64,000 nucleotides of DNA. Source: Octopus vulgaris. Its lineage: Eukaryota. A program made the translations under genes and the position numbers. Under the pieces are notes generated by a model. It was not told the origin of the DNA, ran no database searches, and saw only the letters and a program-made list of their open reading frames with translations. This document shows positions 26,400 to 40,239 of this stretch, in pieces. Every line of letters begins with the position of its first letter. Within the stretch, counting starts at the first letter, position 1. The stretch covers positions 124,372,001 through 124,436,000 of the forward strand of contig OX597814.1 of assembly GCA_951406725.2 (NCBI GenBank), written 5' to 3'.

Positions 26400-27300
26400 A
26401 AATTCAATAAAAGCAAAAATATCAATCATACGAGATAAGAATGTCCTGTAGGGTGTTTTAAATTCTGAATGAAATGGCTGAGAAAGGTGAACCGAATGAG
26501 AGTGGAGAAGATTGTGAAAAAATGGAGGCAAGATAATATATGCATGTATGCGTGTATGTATGTGTTTTCTTTAAGATTTATTTAAGATTTCGTTTTTATT
26601 TGGGGAATTCAAGCTGGCTACTAACCAAGTGGCAAGGCTCTTTCGTTCCAGTTACGGCAAATATTAGGAGTTTTTGAGATCGTCTGAATTGATTGATGTG
26701 TGTGTATATGCATATTTGTGCTCATGAATAATTTGTATTTGTGTGGTGGATATGCATTTCACTTTAATATATATAGGTGTTTGTGCTTTACACATTTTAC
26801 ACTATGCTATGCTAGTATTTATACTTCACTCTTACGTGTGTTCATGCATTCCATATGTATACGTATGTTCGTATGTTCGGTTCAAGAAATTTTAATGGGA
26901 GTTGGGTCCCTGGGGCATTTTATATGTTTTTCATGTTTGGCATAGGAAATTCAATAGTGGGTATTGATGAAATTTTTTTAGTTTTATTTAGGTTCTTCTT
27001 AAGACAATCCAAGCCAGTCCTTAACAAAGTGACAACAGTTTTGAGTTAAGAGGGTTCCCGGTGTTTGTAAATATGTGTTGGTTGAGCTGTCGATGTACAC
27101 ATCCAAGTGTATGCATCTATTCACCTAAAGAATCTCAAATGGAGAATCTTTGGTATGTCTTACAAATCTTCATTGTGTCATTAATAAATTGGATTTGGAG
27201 AACCCGCGTCAGTTCTTTTGCTCTTTCTACGAAAAACCTAGTATTTCTAGGTTTTTGTGTAAATTTGTTGGTACGTGATCTAATCTACTACCTATGATGA
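26400..27300 (-). pseudogene. Possible decayed Penelope-like GIY-YIG endonuclease region
   Basis: Weak translated remnants (GE..HTLGCVHRQ, FIQNLK); no ORF. Confidence 0.3.
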
Positions 27301-27374
27301 TAAGTACAAATAAGAATTCTTATTATCATAGGTACATTAGGTTACGTACGGTTGTGTGCATACATCAATGAGCG

Positions 27375-27530
27375 TGGATTAAAAGAGGAGAGCCATAGGG
27401 TTGCTAGCTGGCCATCTGGACACAAGCTGGGATCTGATCAGCCCCAGCTGGGTCACCAGGAGGAGGGTGTATGATGTTGAAAGACCCGATACAACCGATG
27501 ATAACAGGCACATGACTGAAGATGTGTCCT
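27375..27530 (+). mobile_element. 3' end of probable HERO-clade non-LTR retrotransposon
   Basis: Reads WIKRGEP* followed by a GC-rich 3' UTR (GCTGGGATCTGATCAGCCCCAGCTGGGTCACC...GACTGAAGATGTGTCC) resembling HERO termini as I recall them. Confidence 0.5.
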
Positions 27531-27750
27531 CATCGGTGTATGCACACAACAGTAAGTAACCTAATGTACCTATTACGATAGATACAAATAGGAATTTATA
27601 GCCAGAGTACATGAGTTGTAAGTTCTGCATTAATTCGCCATAAATTTTCTCTTTCTTCCTGGACTTTTGATTATACAGTTACATTCGTTTGGCAGCTAAT
27701 CTCTGCAACAATGCATGACTTTTGTTCTCTGGCCAACAGAACAATATCAG

Positions 27751-27990
27751 TACATTATTTACATTATTTACATTCGATGGATATTTGTCCTCATTTTGTT
27801 TGTTGTTAACACAACGTTTCGGCTGATATACACTCCAGCCTTCTTCGGGTGTCTTGGGGTGTCTTCGAAATTTTCCCAAGACACCTGAAGAAGGCTTAAA
27901 CGTTGTGCTAATAATAAATAAGATGAGGACAAATATCAGTCGAATGTAAATAATGTACATAATTCCTCATCTCTTAAATATAGAACTGTT
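27751..27990. mobile_element. Second inverted pair of the 19180 Penelope-like terminus
   Basis: Left copy reverse strand reads ACAC-CCGAAGA-AGGCTG..CAGCC-GAAAC-GTT-GTGT; right copy has ACAC-CTGAAGA with helix II deleted. Confidence 0.8.
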
Positions 27991-28948
27991 TGCACCAAAT
28001 TGATGTTTTAATGGAATGTTTTAATGGAGTTGTTTTTAAAGTAGTCAATACCTGTTGCTTCTGACATGCCCTTGATGTATATGTCAGGGCAATCCTTCTG
28101 GTGGACAACATTGAAAATAGTCTTTGCAACTATATCATGCATCGAGAGTAGATAGTATTGCATAGGCATTTTGGGAGAGCTGATGATGATGATGTGGAGG
28201 ATATCTTCCACACCGGTATAGCAGAGCCGATATCTTATCAACAACGTGGATTATTGGTGGTATCTTTGTCCTAGTTTATCAACTATTTAGCAGCTATCTC
28301 CTGTTTCTGGATCGCGAAGGTATATTCTTCTAGGTAGGATGTAATGTATCTATCACAAGTCCAAGAAAGACTATTCATCTTGTCAGTGCTGTTGTTATCC
28401 TCTAGTTTACGGGATATCTACCCATGCATTGCTTTTTGTTGGTATGATGCCTGCTTCTTCTCCAAGCTTCTGTTTAGGTAGGCCAGGCCAGCCTTCTTTG
28501 GGTCGCATGAGATAGTTATATTCTCAGAGTACCTGAACAGTAGTTCTTCTCCAACTCTGAAGATGTTGTTGCTCTCACTCATTTCTTTCTTTACTGTTCA
28601 GCCGCTGTTGCCTGAGTGATACAATGCGACATTTGAAGGCTGATTGGACCGACCTTATGCCTCCACCAACATCACTTCGTCTGACATAGATCCTATCGAT
28701 GTCACCATTAGTGTGGAAACTGCCAGTGGTGGCCAGTACCTTCCTAGTTTTGATGTCCAGGCTGCGGATCTCGTCAAATGTTCAGTCCAATATCCCAAAT
28801 ATTGGAACTAGCTCTGGCACTGCAAAACTATTGTGAGCTATGGTCTTGTTTAATGCAATTAGCTCTGTGTTCCATATTTTTCGGAGTCTACAGAAGTACT
28901 CTTTTGTTATTCTGGCTTTAGTAACAGCACCAATGTATGCTAACATTC

Positions 28949-29345
28949 ATATTTCTTTACTGTCCACAAGGGGATACAAACAGTGGGGACAAACAAGGAC
29001 AGACAAACGGATTAAGTCGATTATATCGACCCCAGTGCGAAACTTGTACTTATTTAATCGAAAGTCGACCACGGTGGAATTTGAACTCAGAACGTAGCGA
29101 CAGACGAAATACCTAATTCTTTACTACCCACAAGGGGCTAAACATAGAGTGGACAAACAAGGACAGACAAACGGATTAAGTCGATTACATCGACCCCAGT
29201 GCATAACTGGTACTTAATTTATCGACCCCGAAAGGATGAAAAGCAAAGTCGACCTCGGCGGAATTTGAACTCAGAACGTAACGGCAGACGAAATACTGCT
29301 AAGCATTTCGCCCGGTGTGCTAACGTTTCTGACAGCTCGCCGCCT
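28949..29345 (-). mobile_element. SINE family B tandem dimer
   Basis: Full unit plus 5'-truncated unit, enclosed by the 12-bp TSD ATGCTAACATTC (28937-28948 / 29349-29360). Confidence 0.9.
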
Positions 29346-30799
29346 TAAATGCTAACATTCTTATCGATTCCGAGGTACTTGTAGTTTTCATAATTAAAGA
29401 TAGGGGAGACAGACAAGCCGTTGATGTACATGTTTTCGTCGAGCCGAGAATCTTAATGAGAATGTTGTGGCTAGTTCTAATTGACTGTTGATGTCTCTTA
29501 TATTACCAAAGTATATCTTTAGGTCAGCAACAAAAATGCGTGAGTGACGTTAATTTTATTCTTTTCTGCATATCTCAGCATGTAGCCTTGGCATTTTGTT
29601 AACGGGGTTGACAAAGGGCACACTGATACCACAAACAACATTGCCAGTAAACTATGACTTTCGAATACATCAGAATGACTCTAGATCTTCGTAGGAAGGA
29701 GTATTTGCTGTCTTGATGGCGTCACCTTTCATATTACAATATACAGTTTGTGGGTTTCGGGCATACTTGCGGTTGATCATCTTTCGTTCATGAATTTTTT
29801 TTTAAATATGAAGTTTTCCACTTACCGCTTGTTGATCGTGTTCGAGAGCGATCAGTTTGCTTGTGAGCGTTTCTTGGCGGTAATTCCCATACAATTTGGG
29901 GAATCTATCATGCAGTCGTAGCTGGCGATTCGTGAATTCATTTTTTGCCTTGTATGTATATATATGTATATATAATAGGAAAATATATACAATCTCACAA
30001 ACACATTTATACAAACCTTATTTTACGTATTGTAGTAAATGTGTCCTCATATTTGTATACACAAACCATGTTCTGTCTAATTATCATTACATTATCCAAA
30101 AAAAAAAACAAAAAAAAAAAACTAGGAAACGTCTATTTTCTGTTGGTTCGTAGGGAAAAAAAATGAAAAAGAAAATGGCGCATAATTTATTATAGTGTTC
30201 AACTGTCCTATCTTTTACTAGTTTCAAGGGAAGTAATCCATTTTGGCTCAGTATTATCCTTTGGATCGGTCTCTTTTACTCTCATCTGTTGATGCACAGT
30301 TACTGCAGTACAATATAGCACGACATTTATTATCCAAAAATTGGGAGCTTGAATTTGAGCTGTTCGTTCTCTCGCAATTTCGTTGATCGCGGCTGACATC
30401 AGGTCGGTAGATTTTTTTCCTAATTCGTGTCGGCATCGTTCTCTCATGCAGCGCCTTATGTATATAAGTAGTCAATTTTTGCTTGAACTTCGATGCAAGC
30501 TGTGATTTTAGTACTTTATATTCTTCACTTTTTTTGTGAGATCATAAGTGGTTATCGCATGTCTGTATAATGGTGGTGGTTTGTTATTTTCGTCTTGGTC
30601 GTGTTTCTTGTCATTTATATTCACTTCGCCGAAAAGTGTACTGTGTTGTTGTATTATCATTCGTGCATTTTGACCGAGTGATTCTGTTCGGTAGGGTGAC
30701 ATATTTCTTTTCAAGAGAAGTAGCTTGCAAATGTAATTGTTTCTCTGAAGAATTTCGAATGTTGAATGCTGGGTATTTCTTATCCTAATATTCTTTTAT

Positions 30800-31207
30800 G
30801 GCAGCGAGCTGGCAGAAACGTTAGCATGCCGGCTCAAATGCTTAGCGGTATTTCGTCTGCCGCTACGTTCTGAGCTCAAATTCCGCCGAGGTCGACTTTG
30901 TCTTTCATCCTTTCGGGGTCGATTAAATAAGTACCAGTTACGCACTGGGGTCGATATAATCGACTTAATCCGTTTGTCTGTCCTTGTTTGTCCCTTCTGT
31001 GTTTAGCCCCTTGTGGGTAGTAAAGAAATAGGTATTTCGCCTGTCGTTACGTTTGAGTTCAAATTCCGCCGAGGTCGACTTTGTCTTTCATCCTTTCGGA
31101 GTCGATTAAATAAGTACCACTGGGGTCGATGTAATCGACTCAATCCCTCCGTCTGTCCATGTTTATCCCCACTATATTTAGCCCCTTGTTGGCAATAAAG
31201 AAATAAA
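30800..31207 (+). mobile_element. SINE family B tandem dimer
   Basis: Second unit restarts at GGTATTTCG. Confidence 0.9.
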
Positions 31208-34069
31208 TATTCATTAAGTCTCCTCATGTTGCCTATCGAGGGATCTTCCTTAGCATTTCTGAAGAACTGGTCTAGGTCTTGGTTAAGTACGAAAGTCCAC
31301 CGCAATTTCTTCCAATAGTTCTGCAATTTGCCACAACTGACTCCGGGTCCTTTTATCGCCATGATGTATTTTCCACGTGGTATGGATTTCACAATTTGAT
31401 TGCTGCTACGATCTTTTCAAAATGATTGTTTCTTTGCATTTACTCAAAGGAAATAACGAGTTCTTTCAGCGGAGTTGTATGAATGGACAAAACTATAGGG
31501 GATAGCATTCATTATCTGGGAGAATGAATAGTCACCTGTGCTAACGCCATGATTGATTATGTATGTTTACACGTATGTGTGTGTGTGTGTGTATGTATGT
31601 ATACTGCATGTATGTATGTATTTATGTATGGCTGTATGTCCCTCTTCTATCAGTCTCTCTTTCTTTCTTCTCTTTCTCTTTCTGGCAGAGAACAAGAAGC
31701 ACAAAAAGAGGCGAAAAAGAGGGAACTTTTTTGTCGAGGGGGAGTGATAATAATATTGCATTTTGTTTTCATCGTCACGGATTGAGTCCATGAACTTCTG
31801 ATACCGATGAATCTGATAGGGTAACGTCTCTGTTGAACACGTGACACAGAGCATGGCAGGAAACAGAAAGGGAGAGAGAGAGAGAGAGAGAGAGAGAAGG
31901 AAAGAGAGAGAAAGAGAGAATTGAAATAAATAATCGGGGAGAAAGAAATACAGTGGGCAGATAAGAATGAGCGAGTGTACGAGAGAGAGAGAGAGGGAGA
32001 GAGAGGGAGAGGGGGAAGAGAGGGAGAGAGACGAGAAGAGAAAAGAAAGGGAAACCGAGTGAAAGAATGAGAGATAGAGAATCTTTTCTATTCTAGGCAC
32101 AAGGCCCGAAATTTTTGGGGCGGCGGGCCAATCGATTAGATCGATCCCAGTACAAAACTGGTACTTAATTTATCGATCCCGAAAGGATGAAAGGCAAAGT
32201 CGACCTCAATGAGAGATAGCGAATGAGAAAGAAATGTAAATAGTTGTAAAAGCCATACTTGGTTTTTGGAGAGAAAACTTCTGGAAACATTTGCCTTCTC
32301 AAGCTGGTTGTGTCACTTTGAGCCAGACACTTCACCTTGTTTGTTAGATCATGTATAGTCTTAGTACACTGGTGTTGTTCCTTGCTGAGTAAGTTGATTT
32401 CCTGCGAAGACAAATTGCACAATAATCATTACACCTGCAAGCACAATATACATTACACCTGTATGCACAATAAACATTACACCTGTACTTCTATGGAGGT
32501 GATACCACTATCAGCCATAACTCAATACAAAAATGTTTTTCCCACATGATATAAATAATTGCTGTTACTTTAAAAGCTGATATTTTAGTTTCTCCGTTGC
32601 CATATGTAAGTTATATTAGCCAACCGGAAATTTTAGTAAATCAGAGACAAGTAGTCTGTGAGCCATTTTTGGCTATTTAAACCTCAGTGAAAATGTTTGT
32701 TTTCAACTCTCTATTATTCTTCACCAGCAGCGATGTGTAATCTGATTTTGCGAGTAGACAACGTCTATCATGGCGTTTCCTCGACAGAATAACTTTTAAA
32801 ATCACATACGTTTTCTATCCGATGCTCTCCATCATCTACTGGTAAACATGTTGACTTTACAAACACAAACGCGTGTGTGCTGTTTCTATTATACTTTTTG
32901 TAAACAGTTATTCAATTAACTTTATATAATAGGAAAATATATACAATCTCACAACACATTTATACAAACGTTATCTTACGTATTGTATTAAATGTGTCCT
33001 CATATTTATATACACAAACCCTGTTCTGTCTAATTATCATTGCATTATCCAAACAAAAAAAAAACTGGGAAACGTCTATTTTCTGTTGGTTCGTAGGAAA
33101 AAAAATGGAAAAGAAAATGGCGCATAATTTATTATTGCTGTTTATCTCTACAAACAAAGAAAGACGCGTGGCATAATGATTAGGGTGTTTCATTCACGAT
33201 CGTTGTTTCGATTCCCGGGAGCTGCATTGCGTTCTTTGGGTCGCATGAGATAGTTGTATTCTCAGAGTACCTGCACAGTAGTTCTTCTCCAACTCTGAAG
33301 ATGTTGCTCTCACTTTTGAATATGCATAGAATGAACTCATTTCTTTCTTTACTGTTCAGCATACAGCTGACGATATGCGAACATTGTGGTAAGGAGATAA
33401 ATACTACATTTTGATAAGCTTTACCTCTTGTTTACATTTTCTTTTTAGCTTATGTACGTTTATAGATATGTGTGTTTTCTTCTATGTTTAATTATTTGAA
33501 GGCTTCTTGTAAAGAAGGAGCTGCTTTTTAAGAAAGATACAAAACTCCATCGCTGGAATGTAGATGACAAAAACAATATCATAGTTTAGACTTGAAAAAA
33601 GTCTTGCATATTTGTGCTGTTCCACTTATAACTGTAATTTGTAAAGTGAGAGTTTATCCACATTGTCACTAAGGCATTTACTCACGACATCAAATGCACC
33701 AATATTGGCATTGGCATTAATGTAAATTTATAATCTGCGTTGAGAAGTTGGGGATTCGAGAGAAGCTGGAAGCTTCAAAGCAGTTGTCTGTAGTTATCCG
33801 TTTTCTGTTCGATATTCACTTCAGCAGGACCGCTGACTTCTCTGACATTACATGCTTTTCTTTGTATGATCCAAACAACGATATCTGTATGTATGTATGC
33901 ATGCCTCTATCCATGTATGTATGTATGTATATATGTATATATGTATACATGTATGTATGCATGCATACATGCATGTATGTATACATGGATGGATGCATGT
34001 ATGGATGTATGTATGCATGTATGCATGTTTGTATGTATACATGCGCGTGTACACGGCAGGCCTCTCAGT

Positions 34070-34487
34070 TTCTTATTTGTTTATTGCCCACAAGGGGCTA
34101 AACATAGAAGGGACAAACAAGGACAGACAAAGGGATAAAGCCGATTACATCGACCCCAGTGCGTAATTGGTATTTAGTTTATCGACCCCGAAAGGATGAA
34201 AGGCAAAGTCGACCTCGGCGGAATTTGAACTCAGAACGTAAAGACAGACGAAATACCTATTTCTTTACTACCCACAAGGAGCTAAGCACAGAGAGGACAA
34301 ACAAGGACAGACAAACGGATTAAGTCGATTATATCGACCCCAGTGCGTAACTGGTACTTAATTTATCGATCCCGAAAGGGTGAAAGGCAAAATCGACCTC
34401 GGTGGAATTTGAACTCAGAACGTAGAGGCAGACGAAATACTGCTAAGCATTTCGCCCGGCGTGCTAACGATTCTGCCAGCTCGCCGT
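34070..34487 (-). mobile_element. SINE family B tandem dimer
   Basis: Same architecture on the reverse strand. Confidence 0.9.
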
Positions 34488-34676
34488 TTCTGTCTCTCAG
34501 ACCTCTCAGTTTCCGTCTCCCAAATCTACTCATAAGTGCAGAGTGTCAACACAGACACACTTCTCAGTATGTCATAGTTACGACATACTGTATGAGTCGA
34601 GTAGTATAGTTAAGACATACGTATATGTGAAATATAGAATACGGTATCTGGCTGCACTTGAAACATAAATTCAGAC

Positions 34677-34745
<69 letters not shown>

Positions 34746-34779
34746 CTGATGCTGCTACTGATGGTGGTGGTGGTGGTGG

Positions 34780-34834
<55 letters not shown>

Positions 34835-34849
34835 AATAATAATTTTTAA

Positions 34850-35583
34850 TTGCAGCACAAGACCAAAGCCTTCCCATCAGAAATTACCAAAAACATGTAA
34901 TGAAAAGAAACATAACAAGTAACTGCAGAATATGTGGAGATGAACAAGAAACAATAAACCATATTATCTCTGGCTGCCCAGTCCTGGCTAAGAAGGAATA
35001 TACTCACAGACACGACAGAGTTGGGACCTACATACACTGGAAGCTATGCCAACACTATGGAATAACAAAAAGATGGCATAGGCACACACCAGGAAATGTC
35101 ACAGAATACGAGAAAGCAACCATACTCTGAGATATGCCAATACACACAGATAGAGAAATTAAGGTCAATAGGCCAGATATAGTTATCAGAGATTACGAGG
35201 GAAAAAAATGCTTTTAATTGATGTATCAATACCAGCAGATAACAACGTTTCTCTAAAAGAAGTGGAGAAACTTTCAAAATACAAAGACCTCGAAATAGAG
35301 GTAACTCGAATGTGGAATCTAAAAACAGAAACAATCCCTATCATAGTAGGCGCATTAGATATGATAAAAAAATATTCAGATAAATACATAACAAAAACAC
35401 CAGGACTTACAAATATATATAACATACAGAAAATTGCACTATTGGGCACTGCACACATCCTACGCAAAACACTTTCAATACAGTAGCCATAAGAGCATCA
35501 CAGCAAACCACAGCACATACCCAAAGCACACAGAGCTGCGCTCGGTAGTAAAGTGAAAGCACGCTATAAAAATAAAACTACTG
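34850..35583 (+). mobile_element. R4/Dong-like LINE 3' end no. 1 (CCHC plus restriction-like endonuclease)
   Basis: AAQDQ.., CRICGDEQETINHIISGC, RHDRV, RPDIV, LIDVSIP, KLSKYKDL; stop/frameshift present; ends in (AAT)n. Confidence 0.9.
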
Positions 35584-35587
35584 AATG

Positions 35588-35660
<73 letters not shown>

Positions 35661-36629
35661 GCAACGAAAAAAGCGCACGAGCAATTGGCTGATAGGTGGG
35701 AGGAGAAACCTCTGTACGGCAAATATGTGACCCGTAGCAAACAAGCTGATGTTGACCAGAAGCAAACCCATCAGTGGCTACGGAGCTCAGGGCTAAAAGC
35801 AGAGAGCGAAGGTTTCCTGGCTGCTCAAGATCAAAGCCTATTAACCCGGAACTACCAGGCCAATGTGATGAAAAATGGAGCAGACCCAAAATGCCGATTC
35901 TGCAACGACATGATTGAAACAGTGGACCACCTAATCTCTGGATGTAAAGTCTTAGCACCAGTGGAGTATAAATTAAGACATGACAGAGTTGGCCAATATC
36001 TCCACTGGCTAATAAGTCGGCATTACAATATCAAAACTGCCGACAAGTGGTATAATTACCACCCTGAGGCTGTAACTGAAGGAGAAAATGTAACCATTCT
36101 GTGGGACTTTCCAGTACATACAGACCGAACCATCAAGGCCAATAAACCAGATATAGTTGTGAAAGACCAAAACAATAAAGTTTGCTTATTGATCGACATG
36201 AGCATCCCCTGTGATCATAATATCTCAGTGAAAGAGTTTGACAAGCTCAGAAAATATAAAGACCTACTCATTGAAATTGAGAAAATGTGGCATCTCAAGG
36301 CGGTTACAATACCAGTGATCGTAGGAGCACTAGGAATGATCAAGAAGGGAACCGAAAATTATATGAGAATGATCCCTGGCTTACCATCCCTGCAAGAAGT
36401 GCAAAAGATTGTCTTAACTGGTACATCACACGTATTGAGAAGAGCATTGTCGATGTGAGAACTGTTGCTGCTCATGTATTTTAATTTAACTTAAAAAAAA
36501 AACAAAAAAAACACGAACTATTGAGTTTGGTTTAATGGCCTACCAATGTATACTATGAGTTTCTTTGCCCTAGGAGTCTGGAAGACACTCGGCAAGAAAT
36601 GGAAGCAAATTTGAAAGAAGAAAAAAAAA

Positions 36630-36631
<2 letters not shown>
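35661..36631 (+). mobile_element. R4/Dong-like LINE 3' end no. 2 with uninterrupted 257-aa frame (35685-36458)
   Basis: CRFCNDMIETVDHLISGC zinc knuckle, RHDRV, KPDIV, LIDMSIP, KLRKYKDL; flanked by (AAT)n on both sides; 5'-truncated. Confidence 0.92.
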
Positions 36632-36678
<47 letters not shown>

Positions 36679-37045
36679 GGAAACCAGACATACTCTAAAT
36701 TGAGAAAGAAAACAAACTATACTGGATAATAGATATAGCATGCCCAGCTGACAACAAGGTATGCGATAAGGAAGAAAGAAAAGTCGAGAGATATGACAGG
36801 TTAGCTTGGGAAGTTAAGCAGTTGTGGCCGATGAAAAAGGTAGTAGTAGTACCAATAGTTGTCGGAGCCCTGGAAATAGTGAGCAAAAATCTCGAGAAGT
36901 ACGTGAAACAAATAGGGGCTGCAATAAGGGTGGAGCACTTGCAGAAAACAGCACTGCTTGCAACCGCTCGAATATTCCGAAGAGTGCTCGAAAATAAGAG
37001 GTGTTACCTTAGTTCAGTGGTAGTGAACAGCTGACACCAACAATG
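36679..37045 (+). mobile_element. R4/Dong-like LINE 3' end no. 3
   Basis: KPD.., WIIDIACPAD, KVERYDRL, VVPIVVGAL, LQKTALL; begins right after (AAT)n. Confidence 0.85.
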
Positions 37046-37064
37046 ACAACAACAATAATAATGA

Positions 37065-37622
37065 TAATGCCCTGATACAGTACCAGACAGTGGTTCTCAT
37101 TGATTCTGATCTTAACTGACTGGAAGTGTTATCATGTACATTGTTTTGTCTTGGTATAAAAGATGGGCTACAGCAAGTATTCTGCTCAATACCACAGATT
37201 TGCTTGTTAGATGTCTGACCTTAACCAGTTGAGCATGTCCCTTAGTGGCTGACGATATGTGCATCTACGATCACGAGCAGAAGTAGTGGGGGAGCATCAT
37301 AGCCATGCGTTGAGAGGAATTCTTTGGGGATTGAATAATTCACCTCCGGAAACATGGGTGTTTCGTTCAACATCCTTAAACAATCCTTATTCAGGGTCCT
37401 TTTGAGCGGGATGGACTGCTCGACCTGAAGAAAATTCTAATTGGGCCCCCACCTGCAAGGTCATGCGTTGTTAATTTTGATATAAAATCACCATGTCACG
37501 CAAATATGGTTATGATGCATGTACCTGGTGTGCCCTTATCAAACGGGTAGTGATGGTGGGTATACTGGGCTTCAGATAATTTATCCCAGTGTCACTTTGA
37601 TGGAATGCGTTGCTCTCCCACT
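37065..37622 (+). mobile_element. Non-coding interspersed repeat ending in (AAT)n, copy 1
   Basis: About 490 bp of high similarity to 39110-39601; both end ..GCTCTC..ACTC(AAT)n. Confidence 0.8.
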
Positions 37623-37638
37623 CAATAATAATAATAAC

Positions 37639-37700
<62 letters not shown>

Positions 37701-37836
37701 TAATAATAATAATAATAATGATTATGATGATGATGATGGTGATGATGATGATATGACCACGACGATGATGATGGCAATATTACTATCAACAACAATGATA
37801 ATAATGATAATAATGATGATGGCAATAATAATGATG

Positions 37837-37923
<87 letters not shown>

Positions 37924-37958
37924 TAATAATAATAATGATAATAATGATAATAATAATC

Positions 37959-37999
<41 letters not shown>

Positions 38000-38387
38000 C
38001 ATAATAATCATAATAATCATAATAATAATCGTAATAATAATAATCATAATAATATTAATAATAATAATAATAATCATAATAATAATCGTAATAATGATAA
38101 TAATAATAATAATAATCGTAATAATAATCGTAATAATGATAATAATAATAATAATAATAATAATCGTAATAATGATAATAATAATAATCATAATAATAAT
38201 CGTAATAATTATAATAATAATAATAATAATAATCGTAATAATAATAATAATAATCGTAATAATGATAATAATAATAATAATAATAATCGTAATAATGATA
38301 ATAATAATATTAATAATAATCGTAATAATAATAATAATAATCGTAATAATGATAATAATAATAATAATGATAATAATAATAATAATC

Positions 38388-38427
<40 letters not shown>

Positions 38428-38435
38428 TATTAATC

Positions 38436-38489
<54 letters not shown>

Positions 38490-38492
38490 TTC

Positions 38493-38546
<54 letters not shown>
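37623..38546. repeat. About 920-bp degenerate (AAT)n array with GAT/CAT/CGT variants
   Basis: Direct inspection. Confidence 0.95.
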
Positions 38547-38547
<1 letters not shown>

Positions 38548-38763
38548 CTCGGAACAATAAATAAAATTTTATAAAGGAAAAATAAGAACCAATTTCTTTC
38601 GTTACAGCAACAACATCAATTATGTTGTTGCCATTGTTTGTGATGTAGTTATATAGATGTAGTTCGTGTTGTTGTCGTTTTGATCAAATTACCCATATAT
38701 AACCAAATATAGAAATGTGGAAAACATTTTTTTTTTGCAACAGTTCTGTGTCTTTTGTTTATC

Positions 38764-38870
<107 letters not shown>

Positions 38871-38979
38871 TTTTCTTTTTCTATTATTATTTATCCTGAC
38901 GTACCGTCGAGGTTTACCGTATTTGAAGGAGGTTAATAGGATTATTGTTAAATACAAAGTATGCTGACATCAGCACCGC

Positions 38980-39021
<42 letters not shown>

Positions 39022-39109
39022 TAGCAGCAGCAGCAATTGCAGTGGCAGAAACAGAGTCGTCGCCACCACCACCGCCACCACCGCCGCCACCACCACCACC
39101 ACCACCACG

Positions 39110-39601
39110 TACATGTACATTGTTTTGTCTTGGTATAAAAGATGGGCTACAGCAAATATTCTGCTCAATACCACAGATTTGCTTGTCAGTTGTTTGACCT
39201 TAACCAGTTGAGCATGTCCCTTAGTGGCTGACGATATGTGCGTCTCTGATCACGAGCAGAAGTAGTGGGGGAGCATCATAGCCATGTGTTGAGAGGGATT
39301 CTTTGGGGTTTGAATAGTTCACCTCTGGAAACATGGGTGGTTCTTTCAACATCCTTAAACAACCCTTATTCAGGGACCGTTTGAGCGGGATGGGCTACTC
39401 AACCTGAAGAAAATTCTAACTGGGCCCCACCTGCAAGGTCATGTGCTGTTTATCTTGATATGAGATCAATATGTCGCGCACATATGGTTGTGATGCATGT
39501 GCCTGGTGTACCTTTATCAGACGGGTAGTCATGATGGGTATATTGGGCTTCGTATATTTTACCCCAGTGTCACTTTGATGGCATGAACTGCTCTCTGACT
39601 C
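39110..39601 (+). mobile_element. Non-coding interspersed repeat ending in (AAT)n, copy 2
   Basis: Homologous to 37131-37622. Confidence 0.8.
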
Positions 39602-39733
<132 letters not shown>

Positions 39734-39750
39734 TCTTCTTATTATTATTA

Positions 39751-39827
<77 letters not shown>

Positions 39828-39831
39828 GTAA

Positions 39832-40236
39832 AGGCGGCGAGCTGGCAGAGTCGTTAGCACACCGGGCGAAATGCTGGGCGGTATTTTACCCTTCGCTACG
39901 TTCTGAGTTCAAATTCCGCCGAGGTCGACTTTGCCTTTCATCCTTTCGGGGTCGATTAAATAAGTACCAGCTACGCACTGGGGTCGATGTAATCGACTTA
40001 ATCCCTCTGTCTCTCCTTGCTTGTCCTCTCTGTATTTAGCCCCTTGTGGGTAGTAAAGAAATAGGTATTTCGCCCGTCGCTTCGTTCTGAGTTCAAATTC
40101 CGCCGAGGTCGACTTTGCTTTTCATCCTTTCGGGGTCGATAAACTAAGTACTAGTTACGCACTGGGGTCGATGTAATCGACTAGTCCCCTCCTCCAAAAT
40201 AAAATTCGAGCCTTGTGCTTATAATAGAAAGGATTA
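39832..40236 (+). mobile_element. SINE family B tandem dimer with two different tails
   Basis: Unit 1 ends GCCCCTTGTGGGTAGTAAAGAAATA; unit 2 ends GCCTTGTGCTTATAATAGAAAGGATT. Confidence 0.9.
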
Positions 40237-40239
40237 TGG

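Larger units (their letters stand above)
28000..31490 (-). pseudogene. Degenerate R4/Dong-like LINE with nested SINEs
   Basis: Reverse strand reads NYKYLGI (about 29366-29387), decayed RT catalytic segment near 29520-29550, QQKAMHG (about 28420-28441) and AIKGPG (about 31340). Confidence 0.7.

Noticed and set aside
28949-29345. CRISPR-like regularly repeated GGGGTCGAT motifs
   Set aside because: Internal SINE motifs with non-unique spacers; eukaryotic context and no cas genes
35685-36458. Host gene
   Set aside because: 5'-truncated LINE endonuclease region bounded by (AAT)n; reported as a mobile element
37519-38564. 311-aa and 209-aa poly-Ile ORFs
   Set aside because: Translation of the (AAT)n array
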